Assembly: GCA_010093815.1 (NCBI GenBank) | Contig: ML996585.1 | Strand: one strand, 5' to 3' | Source: Pseudovirgaria hyperparasitica | Lineage: Eukaryota | DNA length: 64,000 nt | Notes under the pieces: generated by a model | The model's database searches: none | Told to the model about the DNA's origin: nothing | What the model saw: only the letters and a program-made list of their open reading frames with translations | Made by a program: the position numbers and the translations under genes | Part shown: piece by piece, positions 13,501 through 26,343 of the stretch | How the letters are laid out: every line of letters starts with the position of its first letter | Numbering within the stretch: position 1 is the stretch's first letter

Positions 13501-14878
13501 CTACCTTGTAGGAAGCTCTCGAGATCTCGGTCCTGCTGAGCTCATAGGTTTCGCTTTCGCAACCTCGCTTCTTTCTTTTGCCTCATTCTCCCACTTTTCC
13601 ATGTCGTCCACAAACTTCTCCCAGGTGTCAATCGTACCCTTGAAGAATGCGATATGTGTGTCAGCGAGATCTCCTAGCGTGTCCTTGAATTCAACCGCTT
13701 TGATACGTTCGAAGTCTGCGATTTCCTTTACGGTAGACTCGTCCGCGGTCTCGGAAGCCTTCTTAGCTTCTTCTACATTAAGCTGCAGCCTCTCGATCTC
13801 GAGCTCTAGCTTCCGCACTCGATCTCGACGGCTTTGTTCGTGATCGACCCCTCGAACATCCTCGAGCTTGGCACGCAGAAAGCCTGAAGCCCCCAAGCCG
13901 GATGAGCCATGTTGCGATGCGAGCTGATCACGTTCATAAGCAGCCTTGTTCAAGTAGTCTGTAAGACCTTCAAAATCGAGCTGCTTCTGCTCACGCGCTT
14001 TGAGGAGCGCCTTGACTGCCAGTATGTAAGCCTCCATGTCACGCAATGATCCTAGGTAGTTCTGGTCCGTGTGTTCCTTTAAGAACCTGAAGCCTTGTGA
14101 CGTCTCCTCTAAGCTGGCATGGAATGCAGTGAGAGGCTGTTCGACACCCGATTCGAGAGTAACGAGCTTCTGGAACTGTTGGGCTAGATCGCTATAATCG
14201 GCCTCAAGATCACCTTGCCTCCGGGCGACTCGCGCTGTCACCTTTTCAACATTGCCTAAATCTTCGTCCAGCTTATTTGCCTTCTCTTTAACCTCAATGA
14301 ATCGCTTGTCTGGCTTGTGTACTTTGCTGAAGGTGTTGAGAAAGGTATCCGCAATACTGTCTAGGAGACCACCACTCCCTGCATTCTGATCTGTCATCGT
14401 CATGGCCTTGGGTCGAGTCTTCATCGTCGCATTCCAATCGGGGCTTTCAAGGAATTCGAGTAGTATAGGCTGCCGCCGTAGCAATGGATGTAGCGTCAAG
14501 CGCTTCATGAAGCGATTCAGGGAATATGAGCGTCGATTTGTAAAGTCAGGTCCGAATCTATCGCCTCGAACATACTCCATGTTATGTTTGTCCGGTAGCG
14601 GGGGGACGGCGCAGCCGCCCCAAACATTGGCGAGGATGCGATAGAGGAACTGGAAATCTGTGAATCGTCGCCGCACGGAAAACTCGCGCTTATTGAATGA
14701 CTGGTAGTCTGACTGAGGATTAAGTTAGCTTCTGTACGATGCGCGAATGCGTGACACTGAACAGAGGACGTTGAACCTTAGTAGTGACGAGGTACGAGAC
14801 GAAGGCATCTTTGGTTCCATCGTTTTCTTTCTGTGGTTCGCCCACGATGACCACAAGCTGACCGTCGAGATCCTCCAT
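13501..14878 (-). CDS. SNX4: Sorting nexin-4 / Atg24 (PX + BAR domains)
   Basis: PQKENDGTKDAFVSYLVTT | intron 14713-14776 | VRRRFTDF..VPPLPDKHNMEYVRGDRFGPDF, followed by a BAR region (REQKQLDFEGL, FERIKAVEFK). The start could alternatively be the in-frame ATG at 14950. Confidence 0.93.
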
Positions 14879-15258
14879 CTTAGCTCGGTATTCGAGAATA
14901 TCGGGTTTAAATCTGCGCGTTGTCGTTTCACGAGAAGGTCTCCCTCCCATGACGATGTGCCGCTTACTTAGTAGCAGGCAGGGCACGGCGCGATGATTGA
15001 GCTCCAGAGGACAGCGCGGGGGCCTTTATAGTGGACCCCATCCCCACGACAGCACGCGAAACATCTAAATCGGTAGAGCGCCATCACAATCAGACCCATG
15101 TATATATTGTACTACATAAACCACTTGAAAGGTAGAGTTCCGTGGGGCTAATAAAATAATATTTACAATAAGACACCCAGCGTAGCGCAGCAGTAGGCCA
15201 TTTTCGCGCCGAGCTGTCAATCAATGATGGCCCGTTGAGTGACCACTGAGTTAAATGC

Positions 15259-16109
15259 TCAATGAACACCAAATCTCCGCTCGAATTCTCCGGCAAGCTT
15301 TGGTGATATCTCATCACTCGTATTCCCTTTTACAGTCCATAAAACCCCAAGCTTGTCATAATGCTCAAGTAAAGGGAGGCTGGTTTCTCTGAAGCTCTTT
15401 AGGCGAGCTTTCCATACTTCGGGATCGTCATCATCACGCCGCGTCAGGGCATCACCGGTAACATCATCCTTGCCTTCCACCTTGGGTGGGTTGAAAGTGG
15501 TGTTATAGACTCTCCCGGAAGGTGAATGCACCCATCGATTGCTTATACGGTCGATAATGACTTCGGACGGGGTGTCAATGTTGACCACGAAATTCATGGG
15601 GATCAACTCGTCTAATTGGGACGCCTGCACCGCTGTCCGAGGAAATCCGTCGAGGATGAATGAGGCATTCGGTGAGTCGGAATAGTTGTATGTTTGGGTA
15701 CGGAATGGCGAAGGTATCATCACATTGTCTACAGAGGTCTCTGCTTCGTCTATGGCTACAGACGAGGAGTAAACTGCATATGGTCTTATTGCATCTGAGG
15801 TCAACCAGCCGTGGTTCGTAAACTCATTGAGTATCAAACGTAGTATCATCGTATCTGGCACGAGCGCACCGCTTTTCATCTTTTGCTCGGCAGCGATTCC
15901 TGTAAAGGTGAGTGAGTAGCAATACCTCCTGAAGTACAAGCCGATCACCTACCAAGCGGTGTCTTTTCCCTCACATTTTTCCGCAGTAAATCGCCAGAAC
16001 TGATTGAAGAAAGTTGTGGAAACCGCTTCATCAAACGCTCGGTCTGTGTCCCTTTCCCAGCCCCAGGTGCACCCACTAGAATCACACGAGCAGCTCTGGA
16101 CAGAGCCAT
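15259..16109 (-). CDS. ADK2: Mitochondrial GTP:AMP phosphotransferase (adenylate kinase family)
   Basis: P-loop GAPGAGKGTQ, ISSGDLLR, intron 15900-15952, ILDGFPRT, and LID region RWVHSPSGRVYN..FNPPKVEGKDDVTG. Confidence 0.93.
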
Positions 16110-16788
16110 TGCGTTCGACTGGTCCCAAAAATGACGCGACTTTGAACTACGGGTATAAATATGGTGTCAGGTTCGCAAATAAGGGTTCTGGGGGGTTTGA
16201 CTGAAGTTGCGCTTCTACTGAAGCCTATATGGCTAGAGGAAGTTCATTTCGGGGCGTTCAAGATGATCTCAGAGGGTGTTGGTGCCGAGTTGTGCAGACC
16301 CGATCTCGGAGGTTGAGACAAGGGTTGTTGATAGAAGGTTAAGGAGCGCAAAGGGCGACACGAGGAATATGAAGGGCTGGTGGGAATGAAGGAGGCTCGG
16401 AAATAGGTCGAAGGAAATATGCACGAGGGGGGGAGGAGATTGTGGTGGTGATGAAGGTCATTGTAGACTGACCCATGTGCTTGTTGAGAAGCCGATAAGC
16501 TCCGATAGCCCGAACTGGGGAATCTTGCTGCGGCACAATCCCTATGCGACGCGTGTTGAGATGGATGACTAATCATGGCCTAACTTGTTCCTGAAGCCGG
16601 ATGCGCCTGGGTCGGTCGGAGGTCGGCATTAGCTTGTTCAACGTGCATACCTGTCGCAATTCTTCTTTTACATACTCTTCCTACGCTCCTTCATTCACAC
16701 ATAACTTTTCCCATCTAGTTCTAATATTCCAGCTGGTCTCTCTTCTTCAGTTTTCCTTTGGAGAGTCATCCTTGCTTCCCAGCCCGCG

Positions 16789-18462
16789 ATGTCCCTGAAT
16801 CGCTCTGCGACGCGCATCTCGCCCCTTCTACTCCGTCATGCCGCAACAAGACATTTACCCAGGAACTCCCGAAGGTTCCCACGGGAGATCTCAGCGATTG
16901 CGATTCTCATACCTACTCGTGGCCTAGCCACACAAACGCAAAATCAGACGCCTGGGAACTCATCCTACCCTCCGCCTGGATTCAACGCAGACGAAGCCAA
17001 GAAATCACTCTCTAAGGACGGATCTTCAGCATCGAGGGAGTCTTCGAAATCAGATTTGATCGAACAGGTAACAATACCAAAAGACCAGCCGACGTCGCAC
17101 CCCAAGACAGCGGCTACAGAAGATCAGTCTTTGAAGGAGCTTGCAGCCGCAAAGGCCGCCGAGGATTCGAAAGTCGTTGAACAGAAGAAGGAGGATAAGA
17201 AACTCACGCTTTGGCAAAAGGTCAAAAAAGAGGCAAATCACTACTGGGATGGGACGAAGCTACTGGCGACCGAGGTCCGCATTAGCTCCAAATTGGCATT
17301 GAAGATGGCGGCTGGATATGAATTGACCAGACGGGAAAACAGACAGCTGCAACGAACGGTTCAGGATCTGGGCCGGCTAGTGCCTTTCTCAGTTTTCGTC
17401 ATTGTCCCATTTGCAGAACTTCTACTTCCAGTAGCACTTAAGCTTTTCCCCAATATGCTACCTAGCACGTACGAGGGACAGAAATCAAAAGATGCCAAAG
17501 CAAGCACACTCAGGACGACGAGGAAAGAAGTCAGCAATTTCCTGAGACAGACACTGAAAGAGACTGGACTACCCGTAAGCGCTGCTAATGCCCAGACCGA
17601 AGAGTTTGCGGATTTCTTCCGGAAGGTCCGTACGACTGGAGAAGCTCCGACTGCAGCAGACGTAATCAAAGTTTGCAAAGTTTTCAAGGATGATCTTACG
17701 TTGGACAATCTTTCACGACCTCAATTAGTCGGCATCTGTCGGTACATGAACATGAACACTTTCGGAACCGACAACTTTCTTCGCTACCAGGTCCGCCATC
17801 GTATGCGCCAGATCAAGCGTGACGACAAAGCAATCGCCTTCGAGGGTGTTGAAACATTGTCGGTACCAGAGCTCCAGACTGCTTGTCAATCTCGAGGACT
17901 ACGCACGCAAAGCATGAGTCCAGGCCGTCTCCGGGATGATCTTCAGATGTGGCTTGACCTGCGTCTCAAATACGGTGTCCCATCTACTCTTCTTGTATTG
18001 AGCAATGCCTTCATGTATGCGACTGGCAAGGAATCCGAGATCAATAATCAGATTGACGCCCTGCAAGCTGTGTTGTCGTCTATCCCTGAAGAGCTGTTCC
18101 ATGAGATCGAGTTGGAGGTCCACACAGCAGAGGGTGCTGCGACCAACAAACAGCGCCTTGAGGTGTTGAAAGAGCAGCAAGAGCTCATCGACGAGGAGAA
18201 CGAGCAAAGCCAGAAAGGTGATCCTTCAGGCCGCCCGCAACCGAAGGATGACCAAGATATTGATGAAGAAGAGAAACTTCAAGCAAAGCAGGAAGCAGAG
18301 CACAAGGCTGCTACCAAGGACCAGGAACAAAGTGATGAGGACAGGAAGGCTGCAATTGATGTCGCTGCAGAGGATCGTCCTGATGATCCTGAGCAGAAGC
18401 GAAAAGAGCTCCTGGATGAAGAAGCGGAGATCAAGGATGAGAACAAGCGCGGAAAGAACTAG
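16789..18462 (+). CDS. MDM38: LETM1/Mdm38 mitochondrial inner-membrane protein
   Basis: Intronless 557-aa ORF with an Arg-rich presequence. Motifs HYWDGTKLL, LTRRENRQLQRT, RLVPFSVFVIVPFAELLLPVALKLFPNMLPSTY and DDLTLDNLSRPQL. Confidence 0.95.
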   Translation: MSLNRSATRISPLLLRHAATRHLPRNSRRFPREISAIAILIPTRGLATQTQNQTPGNSSYPPPGFNADEAKKSLSKDGSSASRESSKSDLIEQVTIPKDQPTSHPKTAATEDQSLKELAAAKAAEDSKVVEQKKEDKKLTLWQKVKKEANHYWDGTKLLATEVRISSKLALKMAAGYELTRRENRQLQRTVQDLGRLVPFSVFVIVPFAELLLPVALKLFPNMLPSTYEGQKSKDAKASTLRTTRKEVSNFLRQTLKETGLPVSAANAQTEEFADFFRKVRTTGEAPTAADVIKVCKVFKDDLTLDNLSRPQLVGICRYMNMNTFGTDNFLRYQVRHRMRQIKRDDKAIAFEGVETLSVPELQTACQSRGLRTQSMSPGRLRDDLQMWLDLRLKYGVPSTLLVLSNAFMYATGKESEINNQIDALQAVLSSIPEELFHEIELEVHTAEGAATNKQRLEVLKEQQELIDEENEQSQKGDPSGRPQPKDDQDIDEEEKLQAKQEAEHKAATKDQEQSDEDRKAAIDVAAEDRPDDPEQKRKELLDEEAEIKDENKRGKN

Positions 18463-19420
18463 TCCAAAGCGTTCGCACGTACTTCCTTTTCACACGTAAA
18501 TCCACGGAATGACCTGGATTCCGCATCCTTTGACCCCCGAACAGCTTCGACTCGGGCCGCTGAAGGAAAATTGCCAGGCAGTGTAACTGTAAAGCGCTAG
18601 GAAATCCGCAGATAAAAAAATAGACGTGTATAAACACCTTCATGACTCGAATTCTGGAACATGAATATACATAAATCCATGGCTAGGCTGAAATTGCGTA
18701 GAAACCTTGGAACCTTGGTAGCTTAGACCCTTCCAAGTACCACGGGATACTGCACTGATTGCTCCAGGATATTCGCGCAGCCTTTGTTTTCACTGACCTC
18801 ATAGACTATTTATACCAGCCACAATCCCGCCTCCGACGCTGAGTTTAACCAGTGTTATTACCGACAGCTGCAGATGGGTTCAAATCGTTTATGCGATTTC
18901 TCCACGGCATACTTATCACCCTCATTACCAACTACCCCTTAACATTGCCTCGTCCACAGCCCGCGCTATGGAATGCGGCGGGTGGTAAACGAAAAGAATC
19001 AGCCAAATTGACCTCAAGTACAACGAGTTTCGTTGTCGTTGACTCCGACGGTAGGAATGTATCTTGATAAAGTGGCGGTCTGTTCATGCATTAACTTCAT
19101 TGTAGAAAAAAATCAGGGGACAAAAGTCATACTCGTTGTCCTTCAATTCGATTATTCGAAACCAATATACTGTCGGTTGACTCTTCATCCTATGCACACG
19201 TCTACGGTAGCAGCTTTTGCGCTCATGTATTCATTCTGTTCGCAATCTTGTTTTCCACTCGCATTGATCTTATCTATATTGTCATTTGTCACCCCTGCCT
19301 CTCTCGTCATATACATCCATGGCGCCATACCACGTATTCTGCTTTGATCAACACCTCATTCTACTCAAATCGATCGCAAGATACTGATGTCTTCTGTATA
19401 CTAAGTCACTTACCAACAAC

Positions 19421-20335
19421 ATGCTCGACTCCCGCTCCCTTGAGGAGGCTCTAACAATCGATCCACGGATATTGACACACAGCTATACCACCCCAACCCC
19501 TACCCCAATCTCGTCCTCCTCCTCCGACGATGTCGACTCCGACACCGAAATGCCCGATGCGCCTCCATCTCCCTACGACGACGACGACGACGACGAAACC
19601 GTCTACGACGACGAAATCTCCCTTATCCAAAACCCACCCCCGGGACCCCCAATCACCCTCCACGAACAACTCTCCTTCCTAACATTCTCCTCCACGCCCA
19701 AACACCGCACCGCAATTCCCCTCGCCTCAAACCTCCGCCGCCGCTCCGCCCTACCCACCGTCCCACTATCCCCAGACCCAACACCTCTTCCCCGTCCCCC
19801 TCCCCGCCGCGCCGTCTCCTTTTCCCCCCACCCGCGCACCACCGCTATTTCAACGTACCTCCTCCCTCCCACGCCCATCGTCCGGCATAATACCACCGAC
19901 GGCACAGACACAGACGCGTACGAGCCGTACGTGCCCCTAGAAAATATGCCCACGCCGGTGGAACGCGCGCGCAAGGAAGCGGTGCGGGCACAGAGGGAGA
20001 GAGAAAGAGAGGCCTGGGCACGGACATGGGATAGAGTAGACGTAGACTTAGAAGTGGGGTCCGAGCGGGGAACAGAACAGATGGACGAGGAAGAGGATGG
20101 GGGATGTGCGCTCTGGGATGATGGTGCGCGGCGGAAGGATTCAGGGGTTGCGGGTGCGAGGAGGGTGTTTGTGGGGAGCGAAGACGGGGTGCTTAGGGAG
20201 AATGGGCACGGCCCGGGTGTGAGGCTGGGTGTTGTGTCTGTTGCGGACGAGGGCGAACGGAAGGGGGGAGGTCAGGAGACTGGACGTGGCTTGGGAAGGA
20301 TGTGGGAGGAAGGGGCTGAGTATACGTTTTCATGA
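19421..20335 (+). CDS. Hypothetical low-complexity protein (Pro/Asp-rich N-half, Glu/Gly-rich C-half)
   Basis: 304-aa ORF with good start context (CAACATGC). No recognisable domain. Confidence 0.55.
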   Translation: MLDSRSLEEALTIDPRILTHSYTTPTPTPISSSSSDDVDSDTEMPDAPPSPYDDDDDDETVYDDEISLIQNPPPGPPITLHEQLSFLTFSSTPKHRTAIPLASNLRRRSALPTVPLSPDPTPLPRPPPRRAVSFSPHPRTTAISTYLLPPTPIVRHNTTDGTDTDAYEPYVPLENMPTPVERARKEAVRAQREREREAWARTWDRVDVDLEVGSERGTEQMDEEEDGGCALWDDGARRKDSGVAGARRVFVGSEDGVLRENGHGPGVRLGVVSVADEGERKGGGQETGRGLGRMWEEGAEYTFS

Positions 20336-20756
20336 GGTGCTTGGATTGTCTGGGATGGAATCGTGTTTGAATCACATGTTTGCTTGGGCACGGGCTGTGG
20401 GATCGAGTTGATATGGGACTACACGGAAGTGGGAGAGTATCACACGGTCTCGATGTAGGGCATTTCGGCTTAGCTAGTAGTGCACCCCTGGTTCTCTCAT
20501 CTGGGAGAGCCATGACCCGTGTCTACATATCGATGTGGCCAAAGTAGGATGCTGCCAACTGTAAGAGAGAGGGTCAAAAAAAGTTCCATATATTGTCATG
20601 TACTCAAAGCCGAGGAAGCAGCAGGGGATATATACGACATCTCCCAACTCCACGCTACCCTGAAATCCTACGCTATAAACAAAGTCTCTCTCGATGTAGG
20701 TCTCCTCGTATGCGTTTCTACATCGCTCTGATTCCTGGCTGATGGATTCGCAGTGG

Positions 20757-23700
20757 CTAACGCGCCCAGATCAGCACATTAAAGCCCACCCCGCCTCTGC
20801 CTTCTGCCATGCTCGCCGCACACGCAAAGCATGTATCTTCTCCCCGCCTCACGACCGCGGACCTCGCACGCTCGCTACACCATGCCCTCGCAACCAACTC
20901 TTCACCCTCCCCCATTGCATCAATAAGCAGAAAGCTGTCCTTCGCACTATACAAGTCCTTCAGTTGACTGACATTCACCGCACTATCTAATAGCCTTTTC
21001 GCATGCTTCTTATGCAAAACATGCGCTCCCTTGCACGGGTCCGAGCCTATCTTGCGTGAATCCGGGCTTCCCCTGCACGGATGCGGGCTAACAAACAACG
21101 GGACGTTGTATAGAGTATACGATACAGGCACACTATTCACGCTGAAATGGAGGATTGCGCGATACTCGGTGACCCCAGAGCTTTTTGCACTGAGGGCCGT
21201 GCCAGGCGCCGAAAGCTCCATGAGACGGATCTCCTTGAGCTCGCTCTTCCGGCGATCGTCACGCGTAGGCGGCACGGGTACGACGTACGCACCGGAATCC
21301 GTTAGACTCGTCAGGAGACTATCCACAGGCTCCGTGAATTGCGGCACGTTATGACTTCCTGGGTCTGCGGCAGCCGCAAAGCCAAGACTTTCAAGAATAT
21401 CTGTTTTTGGATCGCACGGCGTGGGCGGCAGTGTACGTTTTGCGTTGATACGGACCCATCCCTCGGGCACACCAGTGGGTGCGGGCAGAGGCCCGATCCA
21501 GCCACATACAGATCCGGCGTCGCGATGAGCGCCGAGGACGCGGCCCAGCACGGTACGTTTGGGCCAGTACGATGAGTTACGTACGACGAGACCGTCGGCG
21601 TAAAAGGGAGCGCCACCAAAGCCGCGAATAGAGGGCGAGGCGTGGACAAGCACGCTCATGATACGATGGCGAAAAATCTTGCCGGGGAGCGTCAGGCCGA
21701 AAAGCCAGTCGCACATATCATAGCCTACGTGATGGCCAGCGATAAGTTCCCGGTAGGCTCGCTCGATGGTAGGTTTGGCCTCGAGATAAAGAGGCCATTT
21801 TATGGCCTCCGCGAATTTGATGAGGCCCTGGGCTTGTTCGCCATGGACTTTGGAGAACAGCGTGTAGGGTAAGGCAGAGGAGTCGGGGGATGTGGTGGGG
21901 ACTGGTCCGTTGATGGTTACGTTACGCAGCCATGTGCCCGACAGGACTAGCAGTGCGGAAATTGTATCTGTAATAAGGCCTGAGTAGCCCATGTTGCGTG
22001 GCTCCTTGCGTAGGCGGACAAGAAGCTCAGCGCCGAGAAGGACCTGGAAGAGAAAGTTGTGGAGTCCTACACCTTCAAGAGCTCCACCGAGGGTATGACT
22101 GCTGACGTCCCGGGACTTGGTTAAGTCAACAAAGCGGTCAGGATCTTCTGCAATACCATGATTCAAGCCTAAGCAGATAGATTCGATCTGGCTCTGGCGC
22201 GAGGCTTGCACGGGATCTTTGTATATTCCCGCCTGAAGACTGATAAATCTGTGATCCGTTAGCTAGGTAAGATAACCGGACAACACCCACTCACTCAGAA
22301 ATTCCAAGCATTTCACGAAGACCATCCGGATCTTCAGTATCTTCGGTCTGTAGACTCCGAATACGCTCCACAATGCGGTCGAGCGATGCTAATGGTGGTA
22401 TTACAGATCCTTCGAGAGCGATTTCTGCTAAGGGCGAGAGATTTAGCTGATGCTCTCTGTATTCCTCGGAATACCCCGAGACTGACACAGTTCCAGGCCA
22501 TTTTCCTTGGTAGAAGCATGAGCTCTCACAATCCATGTCTAGGAAGGTATTTCCTGGAAAGCTTTGTTGGTCGACTGCCATTGCTTCTATGTAGATGTTA
22601 GCTCATATCTCTGAGATAGAATGATGTACACCTACTGAAGCTAGGATGGAGATAGAACGGTGGAGGTACCTCTCTTTCAGTGAGTTCAGTCTGCTTCAAG
22701 CCAACAAAGAACAACTTGACTGCATCTACATTGCCGGTAGCTGTATATGGGCGCAAGGCCAAACTACCCTTGCTTTTCTTGCTAAGAACAAAATGAAGCC
22801 TTGCCAGTCGCTCACGTAGTTTATCATGACTCATCCTCATTTGAGCACTGCCAGCATAGCCAGAGTGATATGACTCGGGTTCGTAGGAAGCCATTTGCTC
22901 CACTATCTCTGCTAGTCCATATGGGAGGGGAGAGACAGCAGTCCTGCCAACTGTGGCGGCAGTATAATTACGTCTCACAATGGGCTGTCTATCCGGACGG
23001 GGTGGTTGTTGCGACTGGACTTTGGTGAGAGGCTGTGTTTGTATGCTTGGGGAGCCTTGTCGTAGTTGAGTTTCTGAGTGTACTTTTGATGTATCACTGG
23101 ATGTTGAGCCAGATGCTTGGCTCACTTGCGGCATGCCATTCAACGCTGGCGACTTTGCCTTCGACATTTGCGCTTCCGTCTCAAGACTACTCATTGCCTT
23201 CTGCGTGTGGTTTGGTTCCTCGGTTGCGTGGTACAGATTCTGGATGGACGTCTTCCGCGGCGCCTCATTTATGCTCCCAGGAATCAGCGAATCCTGCCGT
23301 GGTGCAGGCGACGGAATTGAAGGCTGAGGTGGAGTTCCCCGGGAATTGCGAGTCGATGGCTCAAAGGTTGCTCCCTCTGAAGGCGAGTGTTGCTTGGGTT
23401 GACCTGGAGACTTGTTCTGTTGATTGCGATTCTTTGGCACGTCCTGAAGGATGATGGGCTTTGGCGGTAGCAAGGTATCCCCAGATGACCTCGATCCGTT
23501 TCCTGTAGGCGTGGTAGAGGCTCGTCTGTAGGAAGCGGAATCCGCAAACGTTCCTGCAAGAGGACTCTTCTTATATGCCGAGCCCCCGGGTGTCCCTACC
23601 CCGGGACCGCGTCGGTATGTTGCCGCCTCTGCGAATGTCGTAACTACAGGGCTTGCGGTCTTGATAGGAGGATCCATGGGTAATGATGGTGGAGGTAAGG

Positions 23701-25192
23701 ATGCAGCTTTGGATGTAATCCTCTCCTCCGGCGATCTAGCCTTCGGTCTAGCTTTCTCCTCTGATGGAGGAGTAGACATCGTTGAATCCGAGCTATCACT
23801 GGAGTTTGAATCGATAGAGGGATTTCGTACGATCGGTCGCTGTTGTTTGTTTGGAGACGATGACATTTCCGGTTGGACGATTTGCGGAGACTGTCGAGGA
23901 CCCTCTGAGGCACTTTGTTTCACGTCTACAGAACTAGCTTGCTCGCGAAGTCTCTCTGAATTGGGTGAGCGTCGCCGTGGACCTTGCGAGTAGATCTGTG
24001 AGTACTGCAACTGCTCTCGTTCCCGTATCACTGGTGGATTGAATTGTTGTTGATTGGGGACAGAAGTTGGGGGTGACTGCTGCAAAGACAGTGACTGTTG
24101 CTGGTCCGACATTACTGATTGCCCATTTTGAGGACTCTGGGGACTTGTGGGAAGCTGGTGTCTGTATTCGCCTTCGCCTTTCTGGTCGCGCATGTATTGA
24201 CCCTGGCCTTGCTGGTACTGGTCTGACTCTGGCTCTTTCCAATCAGATATCGCGTCTACCCCCAATATCTGCCTCGCATTTTGATGCGACCATTGTGCAG
24301 TCTTCTTCTCTTCCTCTCCTTGTGCGCAGTCTACTGCCACGCCGTATGCATCTAGGGCTCCTTGAATGTCGCCGCTCCTTAACCTGATCTCTCCTTGCTG
24401 TAGCCAGCCTCGGTAGTATGTTGGGTCAAGTTGTATGGCAGCCTCTGCATCTCGCAACGAAGCATCGAAATTCGGCGGCGTGGACAGCATGTGTGCAAAG
24501 GAGCGCGCTGCTAGGAGGTTGGGAGAGGCAGGCTGATACATCAGCGCCTTGTTGTACATGCTTCTGGCACCATTGTAGTCGGCACGATTGATGAGTGACT
24601 CGGCATGAGACTGGAACACATCCGAGGCGGAACGCTCGCCAACGCGATTGCTCACGGGGAGAGCTTGTTGTGGAGCGGGCGGAGGAGACAGAGGAACGAA
24701 CTGCTGGTATTGTGGACTGTACACTTGCTGTTGCGGCGCAGGACTATAGCCATATTGCTGAGAAGGGGGCGATTGGGTGTATGAGGTCGCAGGCGAAGGG
24801 TATTGGTGCTGAGATGAGTAGTTCTGCTGAGCGTACTGATATGTATACTGTTGGCCGTAAGGAGACGCATGAGGCTGAGGGATCTGCGGCTGTTGGAATT
24901 GCGAGGGCGGATCTGGACGATAGCCATTATTCTGTTGACTAGATACAGAAAGATATAATGTCAGCCAGATTGTGTGCTACCCGTGGACAGCTGCTGTGGA
25001 GGACTTGGGAGCTGTAGTAGCTCACCTATAGTAGGCGCTTCCATTCTGCGCTTGGGCATCGGATAGTTGAAGTTGCTGCTGGTACTGCTGCTCCGGCGAC
25101 AGAGGGCTTACGACGGTGTTTGGATTCGGCGACTCGTCCTTCTTCCCGCCCAAGACTTTCTTGAAGAGGCTTGCTGTCGATGGTTTGGGCAT
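20757..25192 (-). CDS. Large (~1417 aa) TPR-containing protein with a Q/Y/P-rich N-terminus and an uncharacterised C-terminal domain
   Basis: ATG at 25192. Introns 24939-25025, 22587-22635 and 22249-22294 join ORFs 22598-24724, 22291-22581 and 20757-22211 in frame (4254 nt spliced). TPR-like helices ARSMYNKAL..DAEAAIQLDPTYYRGWLQQG..ALDAY. Confidence 0.8.
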
Positions 25193-26343
25193 GTTTGGGG
25201 CAATCTCGGGGCGCGAAGCGCTACAAGCTGAGGGATCTCCGCCGCGCTGGATCTTGAGAGGGCTCGCTCGCGTTCCACGGTTACACTACAGCGCGGCGTA
25301 GGGGACGCACGCAGAGTATGGCAAAAGAAGAAGATGGTGAGACGGAAAGCTCGCCATGCGAAGGCAACCAGGCGGCGCAAAGGTGAGGCATATGCACATC
25401 AGACGGTAAGATGGGCAGGCCGGCACAGGCAAAAAAGAAAGAGCGGAAGAATGTAAGACAGGTAATTAGATAGAAGTCAAATCAAAAGCCCAGTGGCGCA
25501 TACACACACCGGCCAGTCAGTGGTCACCATTAAGCTTACGCCTCAATTTGCACGAGCGTCGAGCAGTAGGATCTAGGAGTAGTGAGTGGTAATATAATGA
25601 TATGCAAGTGCTTGCTGTGAAGCCTAAGGCAGACATATTCTCTTCCTCAGGCTCCTACCGTCTTGCTAGATACCTAGACCTCACCTCATCTCGACTCACC
25701 GGCCATATTGATGATTCCTGCAGACATAAGGAGAATGACATCGCAATAGAGCCTCACTCTCAAGCCAGGCGAGACCGACTGAACGACCAAACTACTGCTG
25801 CGTTGCCCGCTTGAAATGCGTACTCTTCCGCATGTTGGCATCGTGTCATCGGCCAGAACATTGGCCGTCATGGGAATGAAGTCGACAATGTCGTTTCGGC
25901 TGACGTTCAGAAAACGATACACTCGCCATCTGTTGATGCATGCCAGGTTTCATAGCCATATATTCCACAAGTCCATATTCGCTGTCTAGCCACGGTAGCA
26001 TCGCGGATTAAGAAAGAGATATCACAGGTTATGGCACGAGACCGTGAATGCAAAGTCATTCTTTTTTATACTGTTCAGATGATGCCAAAAGCCTTCATTG
26101 ACAAGTCCCTCTAGCATCTGCGCCTTGTGTCGGAAAATTAGGCAGTAATACTCGCCGCAACTAAGACTGACCCTCTGCTAAAGGGCAGTTAGTCTGGCGC
26201 CTCGAACAGACAGGTATTCGTCACGCAAGTTCGATATAAAGAATACCATCAACTCGATGCTCGCACAAAAACCACAAGTGCAGAGATCCAACTATATACA
26301 ACATCCACAACGAAGTTTATACATGCCCCTGGCGCCTGGCGTC

